DNA of 64,000 nt, from assembly GCA_965195285.1 (NCBI GenBank), contig CBDAFS010000039.1, positions 32,001-96,000 on the forward strand, given 5' to 3'. The translations under genes and the position numbers were made by a program. This DNA comes from an uncultured Aminicenantes bacterium (GTDB lineage: Bacteria; Acidobacteriota; Aminicenantia; UBA2199). The notes beneath the pieces are model-generated. The model worked only from the letters and a program-made list of their open reading frames with translations, did no database searches and was not told the DNA's origin. This document shows, in pieces, positions 23,611 to 33,842 of this stretch. The stretch's first letter is position 1. Each line of letters opens with the position of its first letter.

Positions 23611-24315
23611 CTATTGATGTTTCAATTGCAGGGCCTCTATTTCCGAAACCGAAATGTTGTTCTGCAGGCAATCCATACACTGATAGTATTTATCAAATCC
23701 ATCCCGGTATCTGGGCCTGAATTTATGGAAAGTGTCCTGTCGGCAATGGCTGCAATAGACCCTGTAACCACTCTTTTTCCAGCCAGGATCATCGATAATT
23801 CCTCGCTTGGACACACACCAGTCCCACACCACCCTGCAAGCCCGGCAATCCGAAAGGGCCCGGTGTTGTCCGCCCAGTTCTTCAATTTTTCTTCCGGTTG
23901 CCACATTAAAGGCTTTGGAGAGTGGAAACCTTTTGCTGGAAAAAAAACCTTCCAGTTCTTCATATATATAAATGAATTCCTTCATGCAGCAAATGACATC
24001 CGCTTGGGCCCAGATATCTTCAGGGAAAAATCGGACATCAAATTCAGCATTGTAAATAATGAGTTTGCCAACAGACTGAAAAATGGCCCGTATGTCTCCC
24101 ATTACATCCTCCAACAATGGGGCATCGTTGACCATATCCTCATGAATCCCGTGGATACCAATTACCCGCTCCGGTATTGGTTTCCGGGGATTTATTAGGG
24201 TGTTTATTAAAACCGTATCTGAATGATCAATGATTGCCAGTTCAACAATCTTATCTGCAGGAGGATGTAAACCGGTTGTTTCCGTATCCAGAAAAACAGT
24301 CAATTTCTTGCTCAT
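23611..24315 (-). CDS. DEDDh 3'-5' exonuclease with C-terminal Zn ribbon
   Basis: DTETTG, YNAEFD, HRALSD; CSHC...CMDC. Confidence 0.88.
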   Translation of the reverse strand: MSKKLTVFLDTETTGLHPPADKIVELAIIDHSDTVLINTLINPRKPIPERVIGIHGIHEDMVNDAPLLEDVMGDIRAIFQSVGKLIIYNAEFDVRFFPEDIWAQADVICCMKEFIYIYEELEGFFSSKRFPLSKAFNVATGRKIEELGGQHRALSDCRACRVVWDWCVSKRGIIDDPGWKKSGYRVYCSHCRQDTFHKFRPRYRDGFDKYYQCMDCLQNNISVSEIEALQLKHQ

Positions 24316-24415
24316 CTGCTTTTATCTATAAAAATTTTATCACAAGTCGCAATCATTTAAAATCTTTACCTGTTTTTCAACCCTTATTTCAGAGTACATC
24401 AGTATATAAATTTCA

Positions 24416-26305
24416 TCAGGTGAGCAATACCTGCAAGTTGATATTCTTCATCTCCAGAATTCCTGAACCAATCAGTATCTCCGGATGCGAATGAATTTCC
24501 ATTTTTCCTTTAAATTTGCCTCTTATTTTTTGTCTTGAAATCAGGTATACATGATTGATATTCAAGGTTAACTTGAATCGGGTATAGATTTCCCTCATTT
24601 GAGCACCCAGGCTTCGCAGGTTATTGGATCTGACTTCCAGTAAATATACCTGATAATAAGGAGGCAATGAAAACCACTTTCTGTATTTCAGCTCCCTTAG
24701 AAAAAACGCACTCTCCTGTTCAATCAACTTCAAGGCATAATGAAAATGAAATGTTGAAAAGACATGAATTACACCGGCATGCTTAACCAGTTCCTTCAAT
24801 TCCGAAACCATTGAAAAAATCATTTCACCGGTATTGTATTCATTCATGTTGAAAACCGATTCTGGTCGATGGTAAACCATGGAATCAAAAAGATTTTTAA
24901 AAAATGGATTCACCAGTACGGGAGTGGCAATAACGATCCGGTTTTTCTCAATCCGATCAAGAACAGAGTTAACATCCTTCATGTCCTCGGCAGTAAGCGA
25001 TAAAACACCTTTTTCAGAAATCTTTTTTCTAACGATTTCTTTCATACTGGCAATACTCGGATCCTTTACTTCCATCAATTCATCTGTACATACAGAACAT
25101 TTTCGAAAATGTTCTTGGTTTAAATTACAGCGGGTACAGTTGATATTAAATTCATGTCTTACGGTTAGAATTCCTCCGCAGGATGGACACTTCTGGATTT
25201 TTTTGCATTTTTGACAATACAGAAAAATAGATGATTTTTTTTTATTTATAATAATCAGTATTTTTTCATTCTCCATAAAACGGTTTTTCAACCATTCGAT
25301 CAATGGGTCAGGTATTCCTTTCTCCTTCCGGGGAATAGAACTGACCTCAACCTTAATACCTTTGTCTATCCTTCTATCTTCAATTTTAATCTCCGCCTGT
25401 TTCGAAAAAACCCTTGAGGTAAAGGTTGAAAATCCCTCGATCAACGGAATTTCATATTTATCGGAACGGATCCGGGCGATATGATTGAGGTTAAAATCCG
25501 TGTAATGGCTTTTTTGATGGGTAAACGATCCTGCTCTTTCGGAAATCACACAACCCAGATTTTCAATGGGAAGCATTATTGCTGATAATCCCCCTATCAA
25601 AACACCAGATTCACCATTGGCATATCGATACCATATTTGCTCTCTCCGGGAGATCGGTACCTGAGAATAATACAAATCCGAATCCCGGATGTTCTTTATC
25701 CAAAACTCGGCTGTCCAGCGATCCGGGACCGTGATCAATACAGACTGATCTTTTCTTTTGTAGAAATCGATTATTTCACTATACACATCGAGTCGATCAT
25801 ATGAGATCACAAATCGGTTTTTAACTCTAGATTCCGGTACTGAAACCTGCTGAGGACTCCCGGGTAGTTCGGAGTACTCATGTTTATAGAAAAAGCGAAT
25901 GGGTTTTTCCTTTGAAAGCTGCTCGGCTTCCAATAGACTCAGGTGTTTGAAATTTTTAATTTCATTTTCCTTCTTATAAAACAGGTTCTGAGTTGATTTC
26001 TGTCGGGGAGAAAGTGAATAATCCAGTATCAAGCCTTGCGAAGAAAAATATGAATCCGATACGGTGCTGGCAAAAGTAAAGTAGGTATCGGAAACAGGAT
26101 TCTCATCGATAACTCCAACAACCTTTTTTACTTTCCCAGAATACCCAGATTCATTTTTGACCACCCAACCGGTGATCAGGCGTTTGCCAAAGGGAATCAC
26201 AATCCGCTTCCCGGGTCCGATATCATTGGCGTTTCCTAAAAATTCATAGGTGAATTGTTCAAAAATATTTATGGAGAGCGATACCTGAATCCGCATTACA
26301 CTCAT
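24416..26305 (-). CDS. priA: Primosomal protein N' homologue with degenerate helicase motifs
   Basis: N-terminal FTY...PFGKR...G 3'-binding domain, four CxxC, RELKYRK...PPY; coaBC-gmk synteny; no Walker A. Confidence 0.8.
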   Translation of the reverse strand: MSVMRIQVSLSINIFEQFTYEFLGNANDIGPGKRIVIPFGKRLITGWVVKNESGYSGKVKKVVGVIDENPVSDTYFTFASTVSDSYFSSQGLILDYSLSPRQKSTQNLFYKKENEIKNFKHLSLLEAEQLSKEKPIRFFYKHEYSELPGSPQQVSVPESRVKNRFVISYDRLDVYSEIIDFYKRKDQSVLITVPDRWTAEFWIKNIRDSDLYYSQVPISRREQIWYRYANGESGVLIGGLSAIMLPIENLGCVISERAGSFTHQKSHYTDFNLNHIARIRSDKYEIPLIEGFSTFTSRVFSKQAEIKIEDRRIDKGIKVEVSSIPRKEKGIPDPLIEWLKNRFMENEKILIIINKKKSSIFLYCQKCKKIQKCPSCGGILTVRHEFNINCTRCNLNQEHFRKCSVCTDELMEVKDPSIASMKEIVRKKISEKGVLSLTAEDMKDVNSVLDRIEKNRIVIATPVLVNPFFKNLFDSMVYHRPESVFNMNEYNTGEMIFSMVSELKELVKHAGVIHVFSTFHFHYALKLIEQESAFFLRELKYRKWFSLPPYYQVYLLEVRSNNLRSLGAQMREIYTRFKLTLNINHVYLISRQKIRGKFKGKMEIHSHPEILIGSGILEMKNINLQVLLT

Positions 26306-26988
26306 GAACCGGATGCTTCTTTAACGATAGACAGTACTTTTTGCATATCTTCCCATACATTCCATTTGACTTTTGAAATTTCTGACTGTAGTCTCTGACG
26401 TAGGATATAGGAAGGATGGAAAGTCGGAATAACCGGAACCCCATTGAATTCAAAACACTGTCCCCGAACTCTGGAAATGGAATACTGGCCACCCAGAAGA
26501 TTTTCCAAAGCAACTTTCCCCAAACATACCAATACCTTTGGATTTAATACTTCAATCTGTCGCTTTAAATACGGCAGGCAGGCATCCACTTCATCTTTCA
26601 TGGGATTTCTATTGTTGGGAGGCCTGCACTTAAGGATGTTTCCGATAAATACCTGCCCCCGGTCATATCCCATTTTTTTCAACACTTTATCCAACAACTG
26701 CCCGGCCTTGCCAATAAAGGGCCGTCCAAATCTGTCCTCTGTCTCCCCCGGACCTTCTCCGATAAAAAAAATATCTGGCGACAAAGAGCCTTCTCCGGGG
26801 ACATAATGAAGTTTGGTTTTATGTAAAGGACACTTGGTGCACTGTTTGATTTCATTATGGATTTCATTTATAAGCAGGCCCGGATCATCGGCCTGAACTT
26901 CTAAAAATTCAACTCCGATTTCTCGATAGAATTCCAAAACTTCTTTCAATTGGTCCTGTACATTCGGATGAATATGTAATTCTTTCAC
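26302..26988 (-). CDS. Uracil-DNA glycosylase family 4
   Basis: CTKCPL, GEGPG, PFIG, KCRPPNNR, HPS. Confidence 0.93.
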   Translation of the reverse strand: MKELHIHPNVQDQLKEVLEFYREIGVEFLEVQADDPGLLINEIHNEIKQCTKCPLHKTKLHYVPGEGSLSPDIFFIGEGPGETEDRFGRPFIGKAGQLLDKVLKKMGYDRGQVFIGNILKCRPPNNRNPMKDEVDACLPYLKRQIEVLNPKVLVCLGKVALENLLGGQYSISRVRGQCFEFNGVPVIPTFHPSYILRQRLQSEISKVKWNVWEDMQKVLSIVKEASGS

Positions 26989-27644
26989 TGCTCAACCCTG
27001 ATTTCTTTTGCACCGATTTCAAATATTTTATCCCAGAGCTTTACTGCAATCTCCGTCTTGCTCATCATCGGGAGTTTTTCAATGTTCACACTGGTCATGA
27101 AATAGACCTGATTGGAATCCACATTAAAAGCCGGGTTTTTTTCAGATATCTGGTTTAGAACCAGGAGGTCCAGCTTCTTCCGCTTAAATTTACTTCTTGC
27201 TTGGGAAAATATGTTTTCGGTCTCCGCAGCAAATCCGATCAATATTTGATTTTTTTGCTTTCGCTTTCCCGCCTCAAGAAGTATATCAGGATTTTTTTTT
27301 AGTTCCAATAGCATTTTTTCAGTCTTCTTCTTTATTTTCCGGGAACGATATCGGAGGGGCCGATAGTCACTGACTGCCGCAGCCATGATGATCACCTCAG
27401 CGTCTTTTAAATTTTCAAGTACTTTGGATCTCATTTCCGAGGTAGTCTCTATCTGAATACACCTGCACCCTTCGGGCAGCAAATGAGTAGGTCCGGTGAT
27501 AAAAACGATTTCTTCGATATTTCTCTTGATGGCTTCACTGGCGATATAAAATCCTGTTTTCCCCGATGATCGATTTGAAATATATCGAATGGGATCAATC
27601 GGCTCAATCGTTGGCCCGGAAGTTATCAGTACTTTTTTAAACAC
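26985..27644 (-). CDS. coaB: Phosphopantothenate-cysteine ligase (standalone)
   Basis: TSGPT.EPIDPIRYISNRSSGK, AAVSDY, GFAAET. Confidence 0.92.
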   Translation of the reverse strand: MFKKVLITSGPTIEPIDPIRYISNRSSGKTGFYIASEAIKRNIEEIVFITGPTHLLPEGCRCIQIETTSEMRSKVLENLKDAEVIIMAAAVSDYRPLRYRSRKIKKKTEKMLLELKKNPDILLEAGKRKQKNQILIGFAAETENIFSQARSKFKRKKLDLLVLNQISEKNPAFNVDSNQVYFMTSVNIEKLPMMSKTEIAVKLWDKIFEIGAKEIRVEQ

Positions 27645-28167
27645 TCAGGATTCCCAGACAGAATTCGTATATTTTTTCAACTTGAGCCAGCCGGCCTCTT
27701 CCCTCTTTTGCGCAGGCCAGTGAACCCTCATCCGGGTCAATAATCTCAATGCCCCTTGAGCGGATTTTGGCCAGGTTATCTTGGACAGCAATATTATCAT
27801 ACATGAGAGTATTCATGGCAGGGGCAATGACGACTTTTTTATAAAATGCCAGAAAGGTAGTTGACAGCAAATCATCGGCAATACCATTGGCCATCTTCCC
27901 AATAATATTGGCAGTCGCCGGTGCCACCAGGAGCAATTCATGCTCAGTGCATATATTGATATGAAGCAAAGGATCCTGGCGTTCTCTGAATTGTTCATCA
28001 TAGACTTTCCCAGGGGTAAAGGTTTCAAAAGTAAGAGGTGAAATGAATTTTTTTGCGTTTTCTGTAAGGATCACACTGACCGAATGATCATTTTTTTGAA
28101 ATAACCTTAAAATTTCTACTGATTTATATGCACTTATTGATCCGGTTACCCCGAGAATGATATTCAT
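27637..28167 (-). CDS. coaC: Phosphopantothenoylcysteine decarboxylase (standalone)
   Basis: GVTGSISAYK, APATAN, PAMN, LAC...GRGRL. Confidence 0.92.
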   Translation of the reverse strand: MNIILGVTGSISAYKSVEILRLFQKNDHSVSVILTENAKKFISPLTFETFTPGKVYDEQFRERQDPLLHINICTEHELLLVAPATANIIGKMANGIADDLLSTTFLAFYKKVVIAPAMNTLMYDNIAVQDNLAKIRSRGIEIIDPDEGSLACAKEGRGRLAQVEKIYEFCLGILSV

Positions 28168-28775
28168 TCTTGCCCCCTTATCATGTTTAAAACAAGGTCT
28201 TTTTTAAAATCCGATCTCTGACAAAAAGCCATATAAATACAGTTCAAATCAGAAAAAGCCCTGTCTTTATCATCATTTACAACCAAAAAATCGTACATGA
28301 CATACTGATCCAGCTCATCCTTGGCACGGGCCAACCGCTTTTGATTCTCTGAACTAAGGCCTTCACCATGTCTATTGATTAATCTCTTTTCCAGTTCATC
28401 CATTGAAGGAGGTACCACAAATACATACCAGGCCCCGGGAAATCGTGATTTCAAATTCCTGGCTCCCTGAATATCGATATCCAGAATCAGAATTTCATCC
28501 CGTTTTGATTTTGCCTGAATTTCCCTCCAGCTGGTACCGTAATAATTCATATGAACCTCTGCCCACTCCAGAAACTGATCCCCGTCTATCATTTTTATGA
28601 AATCTTCCTTTGTTACAAAATAATAATCCTTCCCCTCCTTTTCACCTTTTCTTTTGGATCTGGTGGTATGAGAAACCGAAAATAATAAACCTGGATGCTG
28701 TTTCAACAACATCCGAATTAAAGTTGATTTCCCGGAACCGGAAGGTCCGGAAATCACCATCAAATTATTATTCAT
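28164..28775 (-). CDS. gmk: Guanylate kinase
   Basis: GPSGSGKST, SHTTR, YYGT, DIQGA. Confidence 0.96.
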   Translation of the reverse strand: MNNNLMVISGPSGSGKSTLIRMLLKQHPGLLFSVSHTTRSKRKGEKEGKDYYFVTKEDFIKMIDGDQFLEWAEVHMNYYGTSWREIQAKSKRDEILILDIDIQGARNLKSRFPGAWYVFVVPPSMDELEKRLINRHGEGLSSENQKRLARAKDELDQYVMYDFLVVNDDKDRAFSDLNCIYMAFCQRSDFKKDLVLNMIRGQE

Positions 28776-28811
28776 TTCCTCACCCGTTTTTAACCTCACC
28801 GTATCAACCAC

Positions 28812-29696
28812 TCACTCGACATTTTGAATTTGCTGTCTTATTTTCTCAATTTCCCTTCTGATAAGCAATATGTAGTCATGAATCTTCATTGAATTGATTT
28901 TGCTGCCAATCGTATAGGTTTCCCTCTGCATCTCCTGGCAGAGAAAATCCATTTCCCGGCCTTTGGTTCTGATTTTTTTATCTTTACCCAGCTGCAACAA
29001 CCTTTTGTGATGGGCCTTTAAACGGTTGACCTCTTCAACAATGCAACTTCTCTCAGCAGCTATGGCAGCTTCCTGAGCCACTCTTTTTTCATCAATTTCA
29101 AATTCATTAAGAAATTTTAGAATTTTTTCTTTTAGTTTTATGAAATTTTCGCTCTCCAATTTTAAGGCTTCCCTTTCAACCACTTCAATTATATCTCCAA
29201 TTTTCATGAGACTGACCTGCATATCGTTAAATATGGATTCACCCTCAGAAATCCTGCTTTGCAAAAAACCATTAAAAACCTCACGAGTGGTTTTCATGAT
29301 CTTCCTGGTTTTTTTATCATCAACATCATCAAATCGATAATCAAGGTGGAAAATCATGGGAAATCTGAACATGGAATCCAGGGAAAACGTCAATTCACCT
29401 TTGTGTTTCCGTTGGATACGGGCAACCTTATCCAATATTTCTTCCAGCAAAACTTCATTGAATTGAATATCCCATTTCTTGGGATTGTATTCGAAAAAAT
29501 CGAAAACGATTTCAATCTTACCCCGACATATCTTTTGCCTGAATAGAGCCTTGATTGATTTCTCAAAATGAGGTGTGATTCCGGTTCCCCTGAAATTCAG
29601 GTCCAGGAACCTGTGGTTATAGGATTTGAATGAAATGAACATAGAGTAATCGATGCCACTGCATCTCCCCTGAGCAAACCCGGTCATACTCTTCAT
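28812..29696 (-). CDS. yicC: YicC/YloC family endoribonuclease
   Basis: MKSMTGF, KSYNHRFLD, GREMDF, EKIRQQIQNVE. Confidence 0.93.
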   Translation of the reverse strand: MKSMTGFAQGRCSGIDYSMFISFKSYNHRFLDLNFRGTGITPHFEKSIKALFRQKICRGKIEIVFDFFEYNPKKWDIQFNEVLLEEILDKVARIQRKHKGELTFSLDSMFRFPMIFHLDYRFDDVDDKKTRKIMKTTREVFNGFLQSRISEGESIFNDMQVSLMKIGDIIEVVEREALKLESENFIKLKEKILKFLNEFEIDEKRVAQEAAIAAERSCIVEEVNRLKAHHKRLLQLGKDKKIRTKGREMDFLCQEMQRETYTIGSKINSMKIHDYILLIRREIEKIRQQIQNVE

Positions 29697-31501
29697 TTTT
29701 CCATCTTAATATCCATCTCGGGAAATTGCAAATTGTATAGTGAGTAATAGAGTCCTTTCCTTTTTAATAGCTCCTGATGATCTCCGCTTTCATTTATCTC
29801 TCCCCTATCAATGACCAGTATTGTATCCGCTTCAATGATGGTGGATAACCGATGGGCAATAACAAAAGTTGTCCTATTTTTCATGACTTCAACCATGGCT
29901 TCGTGAATCAACTTCTCTGATTCGGAATCCAGTGATGAGGTCGCCTCATCAAAAAACAATATGGCCGGCTTCTTTAAAATGGCACGGGCAATGGCTATTC
30001 TCTGACGCTGGCCAGTGGACAGGAATACCCCTCTTTCACCGACAATGGTATTATACTGATTGGGAAGTTTTTCAATAAATTCGGATGCTCTGGCAATCAT
30101 GGCAGCTTTTCTGACTTCTTTCAAGGAATAATGAGACTTTCCATAGGCAATATTATTGACTATTGAATCATTGAAAAGAAAAACATCCTGGGTGACCAGG
30201 CCAATGGACTGTCGGAGTGACTTCAGGCTAAAATCCCGAATATCTCTCCCATCGACCAGTATTTGGCCCGAGGACACGTCATAAAAGCGTAAAAAAAGAT
30301 TCATCAGGGTCGTCTTTCCGGATCCGCTGGACCCGACCAGAGCCAGCATCTCATTTGCCTTCACTTTGAAACTGATATTTTTTATGACCGGAGTGTTTTG
30401 ATCATAGGAAAAAGAAACATCCTTGAATTCTACCTGGCCTTTTACCGATCTTACATTCTTTACACCGGGTTCATCCATAATCGGATTTTTACAGTCAATG
30501 ATCTGTAAAACCCTTTCATATCCGGCCTTCCCTTGTTGGAAATCATTATTGGCCTGGGACAGTCTTTTCATTGGATTATACATCAAAAACAGAGCAGCCA
30601 GGAAAGAGGAAAACTGCCCGGGAGACATGAAGCCTCCAGCGACTCTTTTCATTCCAATCAGAAAAATTAAGGCAGCCACAATCCCACCGATAATATTCAT
30701 GATTGGGGCAGACAAGGAATAAATCAGGGCAATCTTGGAATTAATCTTGTAATGATTTGTATTCAGTTCCGAAAACTTCCGAATCTCATACGTCTCCATA
30801 TTATAGGCTTTCACGATTCTATTTCCGGTAACCGTCTCGGTTAAAAAATTCGAAAGTTCCCCGATCGCTACCTGTGATTGCATACCCCTTTTTTTTACCC
30901 TTTTACCAAAAACGACCAATATAACAGTGGCACTTGGAATTATTATAAAAGAGAACAATGACATATACCAATCCTGATAGAAGATAACTGCGAAAAGAAA
31001 CAGCAAGGTCAAGGTTTCTCTCACATATACGGCCAGGGTTTCAGAAACGGCAAATTTTATCTTCTCGATATCATTGGAGATGCGGGATACCAGATCACCG
31101 GTCTTGGATTTGGATAAAAAATCAATTGATTGATTAATAAGATGAATATATAGCCGATCCCGGATTCCTTTGACTACCTTGAGTCCAAGCGTTTTCATGA
31201 AATAGAGAGATAAAAATGTAAAGATAGATTGCCCCAGAAAACACAGAAACAAAAGTTGAGGAAGAACAATGACCATATCCTCCGGTTTGGCATTGAAAAT
31301 ACGAATAATCAGGTCACGTATATCCCGGCTTTTTTCAGTTATATACCCGCCCCCCTGAATGAACAACTCATCCATTACCGGCCGAATGATCAGGGCAAAA
31401 AGCGCAGTGAACAGAGCCACCATGGCCATAAAAAACAGGGCCATAAAAAATCGGAATAAATAAGGCTTAATGTTGGATAAGAGACCATTCTGTTTATTCA
31501 T
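29693..31501 (-). CDS. msbA: ABC exporter, MsbA-like lipid flippase
   Basis: TMD + NBD, GSSGSGKT, LSTGQRQR, DEATS. Confidence 0.8.
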   Translation of the reverse strand: MNKQNGLLSNIKPYLFRFFMALFFMAMVALFTALFALIIRPVMDELFIQGGGYITEKSRDIRDLIIRIFNAKPEDMVIVLPQLLFLCFLGQSIFTFLSLYFMKTLGLKVVKGIRDRLYIHLINQSIDFLSKSKTGDLVSRISNDIEKIKFAVSETLAVYVRETLTLLFLFAVIFYQDWYMSLFSFIIIPSATVILVVFGKRVKKRGMQSQVAIGELSNFLTETVTGNRIVKAYNMETYEIRKFSELNTNHYKINSKIALIYSLSAPIMNIIGGIVAALIFLIGMKRVAGGFMSPGQFSSFLAALFLMYNPMKRLSQANNDFQQGKAGYERVLQIIDCKNPIMDEPGVKNVRSVKGQVEFKDVSFSYDQNTPVIKNISFKVKANEMLALVGSSGSGKTTLMNLFLRFYDVSSGQILVDGRDIRDFSLKSLRQSIGLVTQDVFLFNDSIVNNIAYGKSHYSLKEVRKAAMIARASEFIEKLPNQYNTIVGERGVFLSTGQRQRIAIARAILKKPAILFFDEATSSLDSESEKLIHEAMVEVMKNRTTFVIAHRLSTIIEADTILVIDRGEINESGDHQELLKRKGLYYSLYNLQFPEMDIKMEK

Positions 31502-31559
31502 ATTTTCGGTTTCCCGAGGATCTTTATACCAATTACTCCGACTATGAGACCTTGTGCCT

Positions 31560-32354
31560 CTATGTATCCTTTTCAACGATTGCCTTTTTCTTCCTTTTTT
31601 TGAATCGGCCGGAGATGAAAAAAAACAAGGGTGAGGTTACATACAGCAAGGTTAAAATTGGAATGGTAAATGAAGGGTACTTTATTGAAAAGGAAATAAC
31701 CGCTGCCAGGATAAACAACGCCAACAGGCTGTGTTTGGGTTTGATTTCTTTCAGGGTTCGATAGCGAATATTGGAAATCATCAGGAAAGCAATAAGCAGT
31801 ACATAAACCACAAACAATATGGCATGATTTTTTTGTTGAAGGGGGATTTCCACCATCAATACAATAGATACCACTGCCATTGCAGCCAATGGTATGGGCA
31901 AGCCGATAAAGATATTGGTGGGAAAAGCCTTGGCTTCATGGTAAACATTGTACCGGGCCAGCCGTATTACCCCGGCGCTTAAGAATATGAAACCAATGAT
32001 CTGGCCGAACTGGAAATTCAAGGTTTGAAACCCCCATTGATAAATCAGAATACCGGGAACCAGACCGAATGTAACTGCATCGACCAGAGAATCGAATTGC
32101 ATACCAAAACTGGATTCTGTCTTGGTTAAACGGGCAATGGTACCATCAAACCCATCCATCACAACACCAATTATAACCAGATATGATGCGGTAATATAAT
32201 TGTTTTTGAATATTTGAACTACAGCCAGATAACCCATAAAAAGGTTGAATGTGGTAAAAACCGAAGGCAGGAAAGAAATGTTGATGAGTTTGGAAATACT
32301 GACTTTCCGAATTCGCTTTTTTTTTACTCTTGGTTTTTTATCTTTCCGATTAAT
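31560..32354 (-). CDS. pssA: CDP-diacylglycerol-serine O-phosphatidyltransferase (probable ATT start)
   Basis: DGFDG..AR...S.FG..FDS..D motif; conserved LPSVFT.FN segment lies upstream of the first ATG (32237). Confidence 0.88.
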   Translation of the reverse strand: MNRKDKKPRVKKKRIRKVSISKLINISFLPSVFTTFNLFMGYLAVVQIFKNNYITASYLVIIGVVMDGFDGTIARLTKTESSFGMQFDSLVDAVTFGLVPGILIYQWGFQTLNFQFGQIIGFIFLSAGVIRLARYNVYHEAKAFPTNIFIGLPIPLAAMAVVSIVLMVEIPLQQKNHAILFVVYVLLIAFLMISNIRYRTLKEIKPKHSLLALFILAAVISFSIKYPSFTIPILTLLYVTSPLFFFISGRFKKRKKKAIVEKDT

Positions 32355-32950
32355 GTCAAGCCTCCATAGACTTTGTCACCTTTTTTTACCTGTAAAGATA
32401 CCGATTTGGGAATAAACAGCTCTGCTCGGGAGCCAAACATGATGATCCCGATTTTACTGCCGGTATTTATTTTGTCTCCCTGATGCACCCACATCCTGAT
32501 TCTTCTGGCAGCAATGCCCGCAATCAATTTCAGAGTATATTGGAATGATTTGGAATTAACGGTTAAATTAATCTGCTCATTGAGTTCAGAGGCCTTATCC
32601 CGATAGGCGGGCAGGAATTCTCCTTTAAAATATTCCATTTTTTCCATCTGCCCCTTGTAGGGAAGACGGGTAACATGAACGTTAAATATTGAAAGAAAAA
32701 CAACAAGACGATTGGAATCGGTTTCAGAGACAATATCCAGAATGGTACCGTCTACCGGGGAAACCCATTCATGGTCCCGGGCAACTATTTTACGTGGTGG
32801 ATCTCTGAAAAAAAAAGCAAAATAGGCAGTAAAAATGTACAAGATTACGGCAAATATATATGACAGAACCGGGATCTTCAATAATAAAAAAATCAGCCCC
32901 AGCAAAAAGGGAATGACCACAAAAGGGATACCTTCTTTTGCCATGATCAC
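32324..32950 (-). CDS. psd: Phosphatidylserine decarboxylase proenzyme
   Basis: FFRDP, SPVDG, FLSIFNVH, FGS cleavage motif. Confidence 0.93.
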   Translation of the reverse strand: MIMAKEGIPFVVIPFLLGLIFLLLKIPVLSYIFAVILYIFTAYFAFFFRDPPRKIVARDHEWVSPVDGTILDIVSETDSNRLVVFLSIFNVHVTRLPYKGQMEKMEYFKGEFLPAYRDKASELNEQINLTVNSKSFQYTLKLIAGIAARRIRMWVHQGDKINTGSKIGIIMFGSRAELFIPKSVSLQVKKGDKVYGGLTLIGKIKNQE

Positions 32951-32980
32951 CTCGAATTGTCTAAATAGTATAGAGAAATT

Positions 32981-33817
32981 TTAGCTGGGTTCATTTAAAT
33001 CACCGCCATTTTCCTTCTTTTTCTGTTCTTTGTATTCACGGCAAAACTTCAGATAGGATTGCATGTTTCTATCCTTACCGATTACAGAAAGTGTTGAAGT
33101 AATACACTCGGTAATTGATTTCCCCAGTACATTTAATACTATATAATCCAGGCCTTTTTCAATGGCTAGAGAAAGAAAATAAGCATTGATCAGATACCGC
33201 TTGGGTAAACCCTCGGACAAGGTACACAGGTTGGCAATGGTCTTTACCTGTGGAAAATCCAGTTTAAACAATTCCAGGGTATTTAAAAAAGTCTTGCCAT
33301 TGGAAAAATCATCTTCTAACGGCCTTACCGTGGGGTCCAATAAAATGTGACTCCTTTCAATTCCCATATCCAGTAAATAGTCAACATACCTCTGGGCAAT
33401 CAGCAGTGATTTCTCGGGGTAGATATTGGCCTTTGACTGATGATCATTTATCAGGGCAATAATTTTTACCTTATCATTCTGCATGATATTGATAATGGAA
33501 TCCAGTTTTTTTTTATTAAATTCAATATCTCCGATCATCAGATCTTTCTGGGCAATCTTGGTAACTTCTATCAGGGTTTCAATTTTATTGCTTCTGACCA
33601 AAACTTTCCCACCATTCTCTTCAACCACCGGAATGACTTCCCTTAAAAAAGGGACCTCATTGTGAAGCAATGATACCGCATTAAGCTGGATGTATTCAGC
33701 CCCCATTTCAACCTGAGCAGTAATTTCCCTTTTGATGAATTCGAAATCCATCTTGTTCATCTTGTCGAGAATCTTCTTGTTACAGGAATTTAACGAATTT
33801 CCAATTATTCTAATCAT
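32981..33817 (-). CDS. Pterin-binding (AcsE/MetH-like) domain protein, divergent
   Basis: IIGNSLN, QVEMGA, ILLDP, LSEGLP.R..IN..FL pattern. Confidence 0.7.
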   Translation of the reverse strand: MIRIIGNSLNSCNKKILDKMNKMDFEFIKREITAQVEMGAEYIQLNAVSLLHNEVPFLREVIPVVEENGGKVLVRSNKIETLIEVTKIAQKDLMIGDIEFNKKKLDSIINIMQNDKVKIIALINDHQSKANIYPEKSLLIAQRYVDYLLDMGIERSHILLDPTVRPLEDDFSNGKTFLNTLELFKLDFPQVKTIANLCTLSEGLPKRYLINAYFLSLAIEKGLDYIVLNVLGKSITECITSTLSVIGKDRNMQSYLKFCREYKEQKKKENGGDLNEPS

Positions 33818-33842
33818 TTTTTTTCTCTGATCTGTTAATCAA

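Noticed and set aside
23614-24198. 194-aa plus-strand ORF and many other 60-180 aa antisense or nested ORFs
   Set aside because: Shadow ORFs opposite well-supported genes, with no motifs
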